A stretch of 64,000 nt of DNA from Clostridia bacterium (GTDB taxonomy: Bacteria; Bacillota; Clostridia; Christensenellales; UBA1242). The notes beneath the pieces are model-generated. The model had not been told where the DNA came from, searched no databases, and saw only the letters and a program-made list of their open reading frames with translations. The translations under genes were made by a program, and so were the position numbers. Shown piece by piece: positions 45,901 through 52,814 of the stretch (position 1 is its first letter; the number at the start of each line of letters is the position of its first letter). The DNA lies in NCBI GenBank assembly GCA_017453125.1, contig JAFTKS010000012.1, positions 187,790 through 251,789 of the forward strand, in the 5' to 3' direction.

Positions 45901-47782
45901 CAACACCACTATAACAATATGCCTCGTTGTCTAGATTCAAATCATACCTATTTCTATCAAAGGCAATTTTTTCAACACCATTTTCAAAGGTAACATTGAT
46001 TGGGAATTTCAACAAAGAATTTGTGAAGTACTTTGCTTTGATCTCGCTAGAGTAACTACTATGTGCCATCGAATAGGTTATTCCAACATAGAACGAAATA
46101 GACTCATCTGGAATTGCTTGCAAATTATGCTTTAAAAAGAATGTATCTTGATTATTAAAGTTTGTATAATTCGAGTACTCCTGATCATCTTTTGAGGAAT
46201 ATACAACATCAGAACTATCAAAATAAGCAAGAGTTCCTTCAACGCCCGTTCCACTCTTACGCAAAACAACTTCATTTGCATATTGCTTATTAGCCTCATC
46301 AAGCATTACAAAGAACTTGAATGGACCATTAACCGAAATGGCAAACTTTGCACCAAAAACACTTCTTGGATATGTATTATACACAACGGCATTATAACCA
46401 GCCTCATCGACAACGTCGGAATCATTGACAACAACGCTTAATGGCTTTTTGTTGATAGTAATTGAAGAAGGTATACTCATAACCTCAAAATTTACAACAA
46501 CTTCCCTATCAAATTTTCCAGGATAATCTTTGTGCTCTATTATAAAGTTCTGAGTATATTTTCCCGCCGAAAGCGACTGAACATTGAACAAACTTCCCGT
46601 TCCAATCATTGAGATATTAACAGGGTCATCTTTTTGAGGAGCTTCATTATCAGCAATAACAACACGATAGTCATTAGCCAAACTAGAAGGAACACCATCA
46701 ATTGCTACACCCTTCAAAGAGAAACTAAGGTCTCTTTTTGTAAAATATGACAATTCGTCAGAAGTGAGAGTCCCTCCCTTGTAATCGTTATCAATCAAAA
46801 CAACATTATAATCACCATTCGTATCAGTATTGAGAGTAACCATTTGATTTGTGTCTTTCAAATTCATCAATAGATCAACAGATTCAATACCCGGAACTAC
46901 TTCGATATCCAAATACTTGTGACTAATGCTAGGATTCTCACTAACAGCCTTAATTGTTACACAATCATAACTAACAACCCCACCACCAACAAGGGTTTCC
47001 TCAACAACCTGAGGATAAATCGCAGGAATTTTTTGCCCCAAATCATCAAGAGCATATTCTCCACTATCGGTCATAAAATATGGATAAACCTTAAGAACCT
47101 GTCTGCCATAGTTGTCCACCACAACATCAGCATACTTATAGTATTTATAAGGCTCAAAATCCGATTCAAAAGTATAAGAGCCATTTTTATCTGTAATTAT
47201 ATATTCTCCATCACCAGTCGACAATTTTGGCACAACTACAGAATACGTCATTGCCTTTTGGGTGGTATTAACAGGACTATAGTCTACAAGACCATCAAGT
47301 TCATCAAGAACAACTTCATAGCCTTGAGCAATAGCATCTAATCTTTCAGACTTTAATGAGAAAGAATTCAACATAAGCCCGATATTGAAGTCTATCGCCT
47401 GAGTTTTGTTTCCCTCCATAGTCTTCAGAACCAGCGTAAATTTACCTGTTGACAAATGAGACAAAGGTTGAGCAGTAACTCTAGTAACACCGTTTCCCTT
47501 GTATTCAAGAACAGGTTGAGTAAGATAACCTTCCCAACCACTTACAAGCACTGAAGGATACTCTTTTATACCAGAAATTTTAACCTCAAAATCAACCATT
47601 GCGTCAGAATAATCATAAGAAATATTCTCACCCAAACCCGATTGTTTGATCAACAACTCCTGTACGCCTTCTATATTAGATGTAAACTGCATCTTTGCAT
47701 AAGGATCGGAAGAACACCCCAATACCCCAAACAAAGAGATTATCATCATACATAATATTGCTAAAGTCAACTTTTTTCTCAT
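33962..47782 (-). CDS. Giant surface lipoprotein (4606 aa to the internal stop, about 5279 codons if continuous), GLUG/Ig-like paralogue of the 8749-aa protein
   Basis: ATG at 47782 preceded by GGAG; lipobox VLG-C23; colinear blocks shared with the 8749-aa protein (e.g. EGNK, NTTQK, AGLL, YILLxDIT, SLDGNGYVI, FSEISE, KVSYxGG). Confidence 0.88.
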   Translation of the reverse strand: MRKKLTLAILCMMIISLFGVLGCSSDPYAKMQFTSNIEGVQELLIKQSGLGENISYDYSDAMVDFEVKISGIKEYPSVLVSGWEGYLTQPVLEYKGNGVTRVTAQPLSHLSTGKFTLVLKTMEGNKTQAIDFNIGLMLNSFSLKSERLDAIAQGYEVVLDELDGLVDYSPVNTTQKAMTYSVVVPKLSTGDGEYIITDKNGSYTFESDFEPYKYYKYADVVVDNYGRQVLKVYPYFMTDSGEYALDDLGQKIPAIYPQVVEETLVGGGVVSYDCVTIKAVSENPSISHKYLDIEVVPGIESVDLLMNLKDTNQMVTLNTDTNGDYNVVLIDNDYKGGTLTSDELSYFTKRDLSFSLKGVAIDGVPSSLANDYRVVIADNEAPQKDDPVNISMIGTGSLFNVQSLSAGKYTQNFIIEHKDYPGKFDREVVVNFEVMSIPSSITINKKPLSVVVNDSDVVDEAGYNAVVYNTYPRSVFGAKFAISVNGPFKFFVMLDEANKQYANEVVLRKSGTGVEGTLAYFDSSDVVYSSKDDQEYSNYTNFNNQDTFFLKHNLQAIPDESISFYVGITYSMAHSSYSSEIKAKYFTNSLLKFPINVTFENGVEKIAFDRNRYDLNLDNEAYCYSGVADENLDGFKLWDLPVGQSYEKCISSITYNENLIKVYDYYDVENDVVSLYVKPLKDAEVGTTNVTIQTTNGLVNSVEVGTYIPTIYSYTTAGEGGEESPELGCDVDQYSSGFLYYTTVDPTGVQKIDHRKQSTLYTLASYYENETNLSDYSYSSVKYLYTIINNKQAISFYDYRIKNTDSGKEIVKYDITDRVTVRISNPYYASYSKGIITTFSEITEKMQPIKVDISYVAPYETMDESGRYVKDYFVKEHTINLFIYEPLEGVEVTSPKAVDMYLERSLGHYSKDLSMHTIMSTFLPNRNDLGAEWNTVSEGNWSPVELMFDYETQLNEKIVDENGNPIYFSSTDASVEPRYVYYRDLFEVDAKNEQCVCIVNNRLIADDSDETLLGWLQKYGDATSTDQINSALRNIIYRNKIEFVINIYINQFDKLQNINSVKISSFFAERVGEISLDVEEDGVYFESRNSTIDKENYVIEYTIDNDLAVNKDLFIGYYETINGKQELLEYQKSVYDISIKASTTKNSGRIIVTPDASVSNINKTMNVVVTTKDNISTAKKVNNYDVYDLYSSSTNLLRSFRITTADGSENSPFEIRNVTDYKELVSDVNSGNYFHYVLTRDLNLSGHESEVLGLVVSKDNAKDKLKTFSLSGAHSFVKNNQEIVTYNTIYNLNVNKNITGNAQDVHFGLFDYVDDYALFSNITIEGFNVVVNIDESVPNVNVGLLVGKSAGAKIYNCSVAGNINVIRNDGNADISVGGMIGYATNNTIISGVPGKYKAGISISPENANVSIDIAGKNNVGETEISSVSNNIIGGLVGTINNSRILDSEVVSLITSTVRATIGGVVGSVLANGTVELNSIVVSPKIVVNINENIDNGDDLIIGGVLGSTNDTQGYALNNVSMHFVDIGEGYSWTQKANVFVSAVSSQVLFGGLVGLENAGGTISYSYIRNFYNAKISDEKINSYRGNIYILANSGVVGGLVGKNISGVTIYKSYFDADIIASDVMNKGMIVGLLDNSKTINISNSYGIGYLINHSFKETQANSGIYVDSFKLVDVQNDVADGMWTIDGAKYNDGKYNISGVTQSYAVVNSDKTYVANAGYQYIYDTSTITTVENVFNEKGFNITSGTASINSFDWFIHSDFNTITIGTGESQINIAYPLILKDGVAMYDIVPESISVTINPKDDLYNISYTKLNDSNEEVTYVQVLMYLKRSLTGQNDSNFYQMSITNEPVPHFHLKLNGALGDDSVYSSILKGGAGDRLEYIEGSNGQVIKIVGNRVYPVAPGLATLTIRSYVSKSVKTTISIVVVDGLDDFNVVMDNEGSNKVTILEDSNTDSMVNNETLYDIFIDEKTKYTILGLNDKKLVNGVYGSKYIANSHFGIIIELLDATKSAVVDGDGNVLEPARQNGVFKIGDQEFIYDSEVAYNNIIQIDSRDFQLSGISHGYVKFAITPYLLLDDNEYEDTYTSVVDSGVEYEFDNNVFVLDDLQKVYSFEVRARARGMEVTKTVVEIDALNTVPFGVILETANILIEDLNNGTAKITILEDIYVKINGNKYSSRLSLRGKEFICDVIDADNGIYECSNITYEFDYALINIIFDNIYITKTNIDAQSRLNTYKISIDGVVSFDGEYYRRHANMFDLNTTSFNVQFVAETNSTKSSAIVVKIVPKTIEEIFVNFYTSGENALTNNGTDIEYPEENESSFVVPGRAGLLKITLDEEFNNSSYITITLNKQYKDYVTLTQLEAVIAGLEASDNILGYSEVVSYDIIDTDNVYGLRLAKQSINYSTENYFNNTYFVKVYVEKGISLSTLNMTINSYMVDSSNKVVKQDVYYDCQLTIAELPDIKVTLDGEQKTIMGKGVRKALNITYNKNLAQDIQFRITEILNGQPTQNSDKTIDYVYIADETGQKVNYIDIDDLKDSQNKKTYYLCQDVATAVGSEFSITFTATDIIMGVVEKTTCELLFDTVDFEVEDVLFAGAVDGVIVIPHGASSRLDTSSEESPMIKIKDVVIGDSVEIADYVKSLYVEDTKNGLMGAVIAAQYGMAGTAVTANKVVDGNVENVTYSYDANHLYYRVGVDDDNQPIYEKMSNGVYDGITLSQDVKQVDNIKYFFYEVKGSAIGDSTRIQLDVDYCYEDGKFSIGNNAKVVYTIIKNLQIVVKDNSTYDHPTPIEDQAQLLKYCGVDGNYILLNDITLVNWVPQKALFSSLDGNGYVIKIQSFDLSGFRGKTNQNVGIFSEISENTLLKNITIDVSDLLISELKMSDNISYMKASTKNSYVYKTEGVDLGYSNGVNFGILAGKNNGAITNAKIISTKDTSDKSVSTNKYLHIQTTLGFEGDNLYVSNIGGIVGVNSVTGAITNSFVGVNISNEDNGEYYITNVNVSDKSGEQNNEYDELQETRIYPFVLAGGTNIGGIACTNEGTISNVYNKGMGVYNPYPKVENSATAGLVTYNKSGLMTSTFVESVKFNADGKAYDDEFRIESTGCVGGLVYENNAKIENSYVNASLQTLSSFLGGFVFKNTSAAVVSNSYVTTLAKITSTTGQFTGIIDDVVQNEGTYNNCYYTINTENGEFANINEKAVAIDSKTNPFDQTITWKGFSFVFGKTEGGIWSVEEGGMPKLATTLTDTISFRKLTNIQRDVDGQTGVRYDYEYDNRAYLGTKQNPLIVEKAENFAKYIIDNSYSYDGNPYNMAFGYRSGEDSTRFVRIVNNLDFTDESTANVYNKTYLYMISFCGVLDGNGMSFTNLNIETDTNGLKNFGLFAQIGHENTSSNAVVKNLNISVASYSSGGDKTERAGILAGTIVNANIVNVDIDGGNNNIFAAYMVGGLAGLVYSTNGSPLTINDVDIKDVHIAAVHNSLGGSITAMSEDMSEYFLNSFSLLEDGVQSENGYSFNSLYDSSNKKTLITGLNGVEQGKGYENKVSYVGGVAGVIVANNYNREVTMEQSAYENYRTKTDESTINNIVVQGEIYISTAENAGGLFGYIGENTLIKNSKFIVSQGQLLKASNNSGGIVGEHHGILEQCTIAYSDEEQAEYDSTIVGNKTTNGDYFLFDLDSDQGTFYTVSIGGIAGYSENGVIIDSYAKINVTKELAFVAGGIVGYSRGNNYLGFVYHTGTVFAQDIIGGIIGFQVNDYGSNQITNRLFMDNVVSLANWNDSSELNFRNEVTIRLYNNTKFLYSNGEAYYNYYFKLPEVGNAQIQFKEDITKTENDTTKVLLSVTDAETRYRNTHNKYYIGSVIGKALLKSGYNKFYDGDVSTPNYQVFANQDILTDLYSSATKNVFSTTLGVIDSSEGSIESGKRYDDYFKQLIDISDSGETSLKSYSYRIAYSATNGVDEDRLNVYEMKTTTTNNSDYLDRFSYAQTFTAQEYVEQILGSAYKIDGVNSITTRNIFTSGYNVGDRFKTASGDSGQFVISAAVNADGNTINIWDVEDLLPTYSTDIDKAVQNIDSAESLSHAFMNGVAGQVFRINKNISLDISSTSKYIEYFGGVKASFVGVDTDESQEGIQKPKITITLNDGSSVATIFNMFTGALLQSIDFDIQVNKTDFTNAKIDMESYGILANTLESVYINDCKFTIALDSSFIADCKLTDKVFKAKNVGVLFGSINNSTLINSEFDISVLGVVIIENEKIENFGIFAGQMNSTTFDSCAVDIAVNGTLFTNSAETMNFGGVAGALNNSKFHISAMDLGTISIVDNESNEVDGDKIIKAYTRNIGGMFGYAKNSNIVGNVVEQQIENKKINIEYQANYSIEKVNIANVIGQSSGSKVNDYIASSDSGVVVTSSATATINAVNVASIIGYDKGYSAVGSNGVVGSYSKIDTTGIQTLNLAVGGIVGASTNSNNLMQNTFFDGELTIENTQTGIQKSTQVFDEKGNPVKDSNGNIQYNTVYTSANTYIGSVLGFAEGGVSIENTIGAGTIDLKNIAVHSETSPVLVGIGGLVGGSAQRLELNNFVAITEINNNSGNDFKTMYISGILGYNAGVFDATEGYSYV

Positions 47783-47883
47783 TTTCCATTCTCCATCAAA
47801 TTTCAGCAAATTAATCTATTCTTAGTATTTTACAAAAAAAATAAAATATCAAAAGAATATATATAAATATATATACTAAATAC

Positions 47884-47912
47884 ATTTTAAAGAGTTTGTC
47901 GAAAAAAGTCAA
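47884..47912 (-). promoter_or_regulatory. sigma-A promoter of the second giant gene
   Basis: TTGACT-17 bp-TAAAAT; shares TTTGTTTGACT with the promoter at 31787-31815. Confidence 0.6.
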
Positions 47913-47968
47913 ACAAATACACACACCAAAAGCAACTTTTTAAATAAATTTCAAATATTAAAAAAACA

Positions 47969-47997
47969 TTGCGAACAAAGAGTCAATGTGCTAAAAT
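47969..47997 (+). promoter_or_regulatory. sigma-A promoter of ttcA
   Basis: TTGCGA-17 bp-TAAAAT with TG extension; implies the ORF-track TTG start at 47969 is not the real start. Confidence 0.5.
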
Positions 47998-48025
47998 ATA
48001 CGTAATAAAACACCTAGGAGAACCA

Positions 48026-48766
48026 ATGAAAAGAATATTAAGTCAAATGCGAAGAGCAATCGACGAATACAAACTTATAGAAGACGGAGACAAAATTGCT
48101 GTAGGCATATCTGGAGGCAAAGACAGCCTAGTTTTACTAAAAGCACTTGCTATGTATAAACGCTTTTCTCCGCAAAAATTTGAGCTCGTCGCAATAACCA
48201 TAGATATGTTTGCCGGAAAATCAGATTTCTCCGAAATAAAGGCATTATGTGAAGAATTAGATGTCAATTATCACATCGTAAATTCAGACATTTATCAGAT
48301 AGTTTTTGAAGAAAGAAAAGAATCAAACCCCTGTAGTCTTTGTGCAAAACTTAGAAGAGGAATGTTAAACACTACTGCAATTGAACTAGGCTGTAACAAA
48401 TTAGCTCTAGGACATACTTCGGACGACGTTATTCACACATTTTTATTGAGCTTATTCTACGAAGGCAGGCTTAGTTCCTTCCTTCCAAAATTATATATGG
48501 ATAGAACAGGAATGACTGTAATTCGCCCACTCGTCCTTACCGACGAACACGATATTTTAGCAGTATCAAAACACCTACCCGTAAAGAAAAGCAATTGCCC
48601 AGCTGACAAACAAACCAAAAGAGAATATACCAAAGACCTGATCAAACACATTCAGAAAGAAATTCCATTTGCAAAAGATAGAATTTTTTCTGCAATAACA
48701 CACCCAGAAAGATACAATCTTTTCGACAAAGCATATCAAGACAAGTCATTTTGGAATAAAAAATAA
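48026..48766 (+). CDS. ttcA: tRNA 2-thiocytidine biosynthesis TtcA-family PP-loop ATPase
   Basis: AGGAG RBS then ATG at 48026; SGGKDS PP-loop, PCSLCAKLRRG, LALGHTSDD, VIRPL. Confidence 0.9.
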   Translation: MKRILSQMRRAIDEYKLIEDGDKIAVGISGGKDSLVLLKALAMYKRFSPQKFELVAITIDMFAGKSDFSEIKALCEELDVNYHIVNSDIYQIVFEERKESNPCSLCAKLRRGMLNTTAIELGCNKLALGHTSDDVIHTFLLSLFYEGRLSSFLPKLYMDRTGMTVIRPLVLTDEHDILAVSKHLPVKKSNCPADKQTKREYTKDLIKHIQKEIPFAKDRIFSAITHPERYNLFDKAYQDKSFWNKK

Positions 48767-48793
48767 AAAAGCACCTTTAAAAGGTGTTTTTTT
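48765..48793. terminator. Bidirectional terminator between convergent ttcA and spoIIID
   Basis: AAAAAAGCACCTT-TAA-AAGGTGTTTTTTT. Confidence 0.75.
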
Positions 48794-49059
48794 CAACTTT
48801 GAATAGTACCTTGTTTTAACGACCTGAGTCTAAAATACTTCAATCTTGTAGCACAACCACCACGAATATGTTTCTCAGCAAAGTTCCTCCTCAACAATCC
48901 ACAAACTTGATAATATAAAAATTTGTTAGTTGTTCTTAATTTTTTTGATAAATCATTATGAACCGTGCTTTTACTTACGCCAAATACTTCAGCGCATTTT
49001 CTGATTGTAGAACAATTATCAATTATAAAAATAGCAAATTGCTCTTCTCTCTTTCTCAT
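48793..49059 (-). CDS. spoIIID: Stage III sporulation transcriptional regulator SpoIIID
   Basis: HTH TIRKCAEVFGVSKSTVHNDL and C-terminal EKHIRGGxATRLKY signature; AAGGAG RBS. Confidence 0.92.
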   Translation of the reverse strand: MRKREEQFAIFIIDNCSTIRKCAEVFGVSKSTVHNDLSKKLRTTNKFLYYQVCGLLRRNFAEKHIRGGCATRLKYFRLRSLKQGTIQS

Positions 49060-49085
49060 CACATCTCCTTAAATCTTCATATAAG

Positions 49086-49114
49086 AAAATATGACAAGTT
49101 TCTACACTTTATGC
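49086..49114 (-). promoter_or_regulatory. sigma-E-type promoter of spoIIID
   Basis: GCATAAA-14 bp-CATATTTT matches the sigma-E consensus; spoIIID is a known sigma-E target. Confidence 0.6.
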
Positions 49115-49125
49115 AGAAAACAAAC

Positions 49126-49164
49126 AAAAACCTTCAAACTTTAACAAAAGTATGAAGGTTTTTT
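49126..49164 (-). terminator. Terminator of acpP
   Basis: AAAAACCTTCA...TGAAGGTTTTTT inverted repeat right after the acpP stop. Confidence 0.65.
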
Positions 49165-49166
49165 AA

Positions 49167-49406
49167 TTACTTATCTTTTTTTGCTTTGCTATCAATTAAT
49201 TTTACAATATCACCAACAGTTTTTAGCTCAACACTTTCTTCGTCAGTAACAGTAATATTAAATTCATCTTCAAGAACCATTAACATTTCTACAACATCCA
49301 ACGAATCGGCTCCCAAATCCTCAATTACTCTACTTTTTAAATCTACACTTTCTGGAGCAATATTTAATTGCTCAGACAACAATTTTTTTACTTTTTCAAA
49401 AGACAT
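49167..49406 (-). CDS. acpP: Acyl carrier protein
   Basis: 79 aa, acidic, DLGADSLDVVE phosphopantetheine site; GGGAG RBS. Confidence 0.96.
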   Translation of the reverse strand: MSFEKVKKLLSEQLNIAPESVDLKSRVIEDLGADSLDVVEMLMVLEDEFNITVTDEESVELKTVGDIVKLIDSKAKKDK

Positions 49407-49443
49407 AATCTTGATCTCCCTAATATTTATAAAATACTAGTAT

Positions 49444-49472
49444 ATTTTAACATTCAAATCAAAAAGTGTAAA
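49444..49472 (-). promoter_or_regulatory. sigma-A promoter of acpP
   Basis: TTTACA-17 bp-TAAAAT with TG extension. Confidence 0.5.
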
Positions 49473-49482
49473 GCAAATCAAA

Positions 49483-50073
49483 CTATTTTGTTTCAATATT
49501 CAAATAAGATGCAGGATCAATCTTTTTACCATTATCTGTTAATGAGAAATGTAAATGTGCACCAGCGTCCGCTTCAGATGTTGACGTAGTCGAAATAGTC
49601 CCCACTTGCTGACCTCTATTTACAGAATCACCAACCTTTACATTCAAATTCTCATCTAAAGACCCGTAAGTACTAACCAATCCATTCTCGTGTTCTACAA
49701 CAACAACTTGTCCCTCTAAAACATTAGAGTAAACATCTTTTACAACACCATCTAAAATAGAATAAACTTTAGATCCTGATGCAGCAGTAAAATCTATACC
49801 ATTATGAGTCTCCCATTGTTTTAGCGTTGCATTATACATCAACTCATCACCATAGTAACCTTTATAAATCGATGCATTCAAAACAGGAAGATAAGGTGAT
49901 ACAGTTGTATTAACAGGTGTCGAATCTTCAACAATAGGCGTATCTTTTGAACCAGAAACACCCACAATAATTAATGTAAGTACAACAGCAAAAACTAAAG
50001 CGCCAAGCAAAAAATAATAACCATACTTTTTAAATATATTTTTCATCCTTTGTGCAAATGTAATATTTTCCAT
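49483..50073 (-). CDS. spoIIQ: SpoIIQ-like membrane-anchored M23/LytM peptidase
   Basis: GGAGG RBS before ATG 50073; N-terminal TM helix; HNGID and HLHF zinc motifs; position upstream of spoIIID. Confidence 0.75.
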   Translation of the reverse strand: MENITFAQRMKNIFKKYGYYFLLGALVFAVVLTLIIVGVSGSKDTPIVEDSTPVNTTVSPYLPVLNASIYKGYYGDELMYNATLKQWETHNGIDFTAASGSKVYSILDGVVKDVYSNVLEGQVVVVEHENGLVSTYGSLDENLNVKVGDSVNRGQQVGTISTTSTSEADAGAHLHFSLTDNGKKIDPASYLNIETK

Positions 50074-50128
50074 AAAAACCTCCATCGTGTTTTAATAATT
50101 GACAATCTAAAATATTTTATACATTTTT

Positions 50129-50482
50129 TTAAAAAGATTTTTTTATCAACGGATAACCAACAATACACACATCTTCACACACCATTATTTGTATATTAAT
50201 TTTTTTATAGTTAACACAAACGGAATTTTTCAAATTAGAAGTATACCCCTCAAGAACAATCCTATCATCAACAAAAAAACTATCAACAATATCAATAGAC
50301 AAAACATCAATCAATGGCAACAAATCCCTACTACTTAAAGATACACAAACACAATCCTCATAATACTCAAAATCCGACTCAGCACAAATTTTTGTAATGT
50401 TATTTTCAAACTCTTTTTCATTACCAAACATAAACATAAATATTATAAATAAAAAATAGAACAATATTATAATCCTTTTCAT
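50129..50482 (-). CDS. ywmB: YwmB-family protein (short, divergent)
   Basis: GAGGTG RBS before ATG 50482; hydrophobic N-terminus; C-terminal EGYT...KKINIQI...IVGYPLIKKSF resembles YwmB; synteny with spoIIQ/spoIIID. Confidence 0.6.
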   Translation of the reverse strand: MKRIIILFYFLFIIFMFMFGNEKEFENNITKICAESDFEYYEDCVCVSLSSRDLLPLIDVLSIDIVDSFFVDDRIVLEGYTSNLKNSVCVNYKKINIQIMVCEDVCIVGYPLIKKSF

Positions 50483-50588
50483 ACACACCTCTTGACTGAC
50501 ATTTTCTGTCATGTTGTTATATGTTTTTGTCATTTCTTAATTTATAAAAGCCATATTCTTAATAAAACAAGGAGAAACATAAAAGTTT

Positions 50589-51578
50589 ATGAAACATATA
50601 AAATTAATAACTTTTATAATATTTTTTGTGTTAACAATCACACAACTTAGTTTTACAAGTCAAACATTTTACTCAAACAAAACAACACCGTCACTTCAAA
50701 TTATTAGCATCGACACACTATCACAAAATCAAAGCCAACAACAAAAAACAAGTAATTCAAAAAAACAACATAATTTAACTCCCCAGCAATTCAAATCACT
50801 TCTTCAAGAACTATACAAAAATAATTATGTACTAACAAGTCTTAAAGATTATCTCGACACCATCACACACCAAGAACACACTGTAAATACAGACAAAAAA
50901 CCACTTGTCTTAATTATTGAAAACGTATCCTACAACAAATCTAGCTTTACCGAAACAACAGTTGATAAACTCATACTAGATAGAAATAATGAATTTGCAA
51001 CATACTCAAAACGACTATCTATTCAAGACAGAATTTCAAAGGACCTTGACGCAATTCCAATTTTAGAAAGCTTCATACAAACACACCCTGACTTTTCTCA
51101 CAATAACGCAAAGGCAGTTTTAGGTATTTGTGGTAATATTGATATTTTAGGATATTGCACCGACCCCAAGAACTCTTCTTCGAAAAACAACATCAAACGC
51201 CTTCAAGAAATTATTACAACACTAAAAGCAAGAGGATACACATTCTGTTCTAATACATATTCTTACGACAACTTGAATCTTATTGACGATATAACACTAG
51301 CAAAAAATTTATCACTTTGGAAATCAATCGTCACACCAATTGTTGGACACTCCAACATTCTATCTTTTCCTTTTGGAGAAAAACCAAACAACGAATCAAA
51401 AATTAAACTACTTGAAGAATCAACATTTAACGTTTTTATTTCCAACTCAAACAAACCTACAAACATTGTTGTTGAAGGCAATACTTATCTTACAAAAAGA
51501 CACATAGATAATTCTTCATTAACCAATACCCCCGATATATTTTTAGATTTGTTTAACCCTAGCAACATTGTGAATTAA
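50589..51578 (+). CDS. Exported polysaccharide deacetylase-like protein (catalytic motifs degenerate)
   Basis: Signal peptide; LTPQQFKSLLQELYKNNYVL, KKPLVL, FIQTHPDFSHNNAKA, GYTFCSNTY, FPFG pattern of clostridial CE4/NodB-like proteins. Confidence 0.65.
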   Translation: MKHIKLITFIIFFVLTITQLSFTSQTFYSNKTTPSLQIISIDTLSQNQSQQQKTSNSKKQHNLTPQQFKSLLQELYKNNYVLTSLKDYLDTITHQEHTVNTDKKPLVLIIENVSYNKSSFTETTVDKLILDRNNEFATYSKRLSIQDRISKDLDAIPILESFIQTHPDFSHNNAKAVLGICGNIDILGYCTDPKNSSSKNNIKRLQEIITTLKARGYTFCSNTYSYDNLNLIDDITLAKNLSLWKSIVTPIVGHSNILSFPFGEKPNNESKIKLLEESTFNVFISNSNKPTNIVVEGNTYLTKRHIDNSSLTNTPDIFLDLFNPSNIVN

Positions 51579-51599
51579 TACTAAAAAAAAGAGTATCTT

Positions 51600-52706
51600 T
51601 TATGATACCCTCTTTTTTGATATAAATATCTTAGATAACAACAATTCAATTAAGTATATGACAACAACCATATAAAATTCGACAAATCTACTCAGAATCA
51701 ATCCCCAAACAACATACCCTGAGCAGTATAATGTTTCAAATATTAACAAATACATTAATTCATATATCAACACACTACCACACCAATCAAAGCACGTGTT
51801 GATACTTTTAAACACAACATAACTAAGCAATACAGATATAATTATTTTTCCACCACCAAAATTCAGCAATGAAATTGAGAAATATATTACCAAACACTCG
51901 ATTACATCTGAAACAAAACATTTAATTATCCCAAACCAAAGAGCTCGTTTGTTTCTTTTCAAACTAGAAGAATACAAGTACAGCTTATCTATTGTATTTC
52001 TAAAACACAACTCATAGTCTTTTATCAGCCTTAGACTATACAGAATCTTAATTATTTTTGCACAAAATTCAATAATCTTTTCCCTATGTTTATTAAATAA
52101 TAAATATGGCAACATTGAAACAAAGTTAAATATGTAAGCCACGATTGAAACAATATATATCCACAATGGAACCATATTTATAAAAAACGCCCCAAACGCA
52201 ACAAGTCCAACAAACATATACATTAATCTAAAGATTTTAGCACTAATTTTTTCAGCAAACGTTATTTCCATTGAAATAGAGTCTGCAACACTCGACTCAC
52301 ACAACCTAGACATTTTTACAGCTTCAGCATTATTAAAACCAATTGTACAATGATTAAAAAAATCTGATCTAATATTTGAAGACAGTATTGCAAAATATTT
52401 TTTTTGCTTCGTTCTTTTTACCAAAACCAAATAATCAAAAAATGATTTTACAAAATACCCGACTGCTCCCATCAAAATAATTAATAACAATAAATTCTCA
52501 TTTATGGAGTTCAATACATCTGAAAACAATGCGTTACCGCTACGATTTCCCACAAAAATCCAACTGAGCGCGAGCGATATTATATCTATAAACAATATGA
52601 CAAATATTACAAACAAACTTTTTGAAGTTTGCAAAACACTTGCTTTATGTCCAAGATATTGAAAATAACTATTCTCATTTTCTTTATAATTTACTTCATT
52701 ACTCAT
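51600..52706 (-). CDS. Lysylphosphatidylglycerol synthase TM-region (flippase-like) multi-pass membrane protein, divergent
   Basis: About 8 hydrophobic segments; FFNHCT, GSVLIYE and LILSRFVEFY resemble LPG_synthase_TM motifs. Start codon uncertain. Confidence 0.5.
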   Translation of the reverse strand: MSNEVNYKENENSYFQYLGHKASVLQTSKSLFVIFVILFIDIISLALSWIFVGNRSGNALFSDVLNSINENLLLLIILMGAVGYFVKSFFDYLVLVKRTKQKKYFAILSSNIRSDFFNHCTIGFNNAEAVKMSRLCESSVADSISMEITFAEKISAKIFRLMYMFVGLVAFGAFFINMVPLWIYIVSIVAYIFNFVSMLPYLLFNKHREKIIEFCAKIIKILYSLRLIKDYELCFRNTIDKLYLYSSSLKRNKRALWFGIIKCFVSDVIECLVIYFSISLLNFGGGKIIISVLLSYVVFKSINTCFDWCGSVLIYELMYLLIFETLYCSGYVVWGLILSRFVEFYMVVVIYLIELLLSKIFISKKRVS

Positions 52707-52814
52707 ATTTAATTTTATAACCTCAAAACGCAAGTTCAATATTATTTATTATATATTAATCAAATATTAAAAACAATATTTATTCAACAAATAATAATTT
52801 TCTCTGCATAACCA

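Noticed and set aside
6248-47341. Many 60-150 aa plus-strand ORFs with PP/IPP motifs
   Set aside because: They are antisense shadows of the Gly-Gly-rich GLUG repeats of the giant genes, with no recognisable RBS or domains.
5456-47782. Diversity-generating retroelement or exact internal DNA repeats in the giant genes
   Set aside because: No reverse transcriptase is present and no near-identical TR/VR or tandem DNA repeats were visible by eye; repeats are evident only at protein level. A self dot-plot would confirm.
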